This document shows, one piece after another, positions 63,949-64,000 of a stretch of 64,000 nucleotides of DNA. Source of the DNA: Endomicrobiales bacterium (GTDB taxonomy: Bacteria; Elusimicrobiota; Endomicrobiia; Endomicrobiales; CAWCFT01); the NCBI GenBank assembly GCA_963794945.1, contig CAWCFT010000008.1, forward strand, positions 32,001 through 96,000, written 5' to 3'. A program made the position numbers and the translations under genes. Position 1 is the first letter of the stretch. Each line of letters starts with the position of its first letter. The notes beneath the pieces are model-generated. The model was not told where the DNA came from. It made no database searches and saw only the letters and a program-made list of their open reading frames with translations.

Positions 63949-64000
63949 CTCTTTTTCTCCTGATGAAATCCTTTGGTTTCGATCTTAGTAAACAGAACTT

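Overview
Bacterial chromosomal window, probably Elusimicrobiota-like. This is an inference from the PorV/PorQ-family and T9SS-type CTD genes, the spoVG-glmU-prs-rplY-pth block and a diderm envelope. About 20 genes, including essential ones (accA, prs, ispE), carry single-base frameshifts, most likely long-read assembly errors. Gene content: a two-component/GGDEF cluster, fba, accA, a membrane spermidine-synthase-like gene, a PorV/PorQ gene cleanly interrupted by an IS200, a full Pho regulon (phoB-phoR-porin-pstSCAB-phoU-arsC) with Pho boxes, dnaE, an AmmeMemoRadiSam cluster, an ~11 kb nitrogen island, metVF, core genes with tRNA-Gln, a partly low-GC accessory island (Type IIG/ISP-like R-M fusion, ParB-like protein, TcmP, radical SAM), crcB, pdxA and two PPIases. 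The nitrogen island holds 2 Amt, 5 P-II domains including an APC-permease/P-II fusion, a KimA-like permease, a porin, an ECF-like sigma factor and a class II amidotransferase. The most notable non-coding signals are: (1) three ANTAR-type hairpin/terminator leaders gating the nitrogen island; (2) about 16 dispersed intergenic hairpins built from inverted 7-9 nt tandem repeats; (3) a multi-stem candidate cis-regulatory RNA in front of pstC. All family assignments come from motif recognition by eye; no database search was run.
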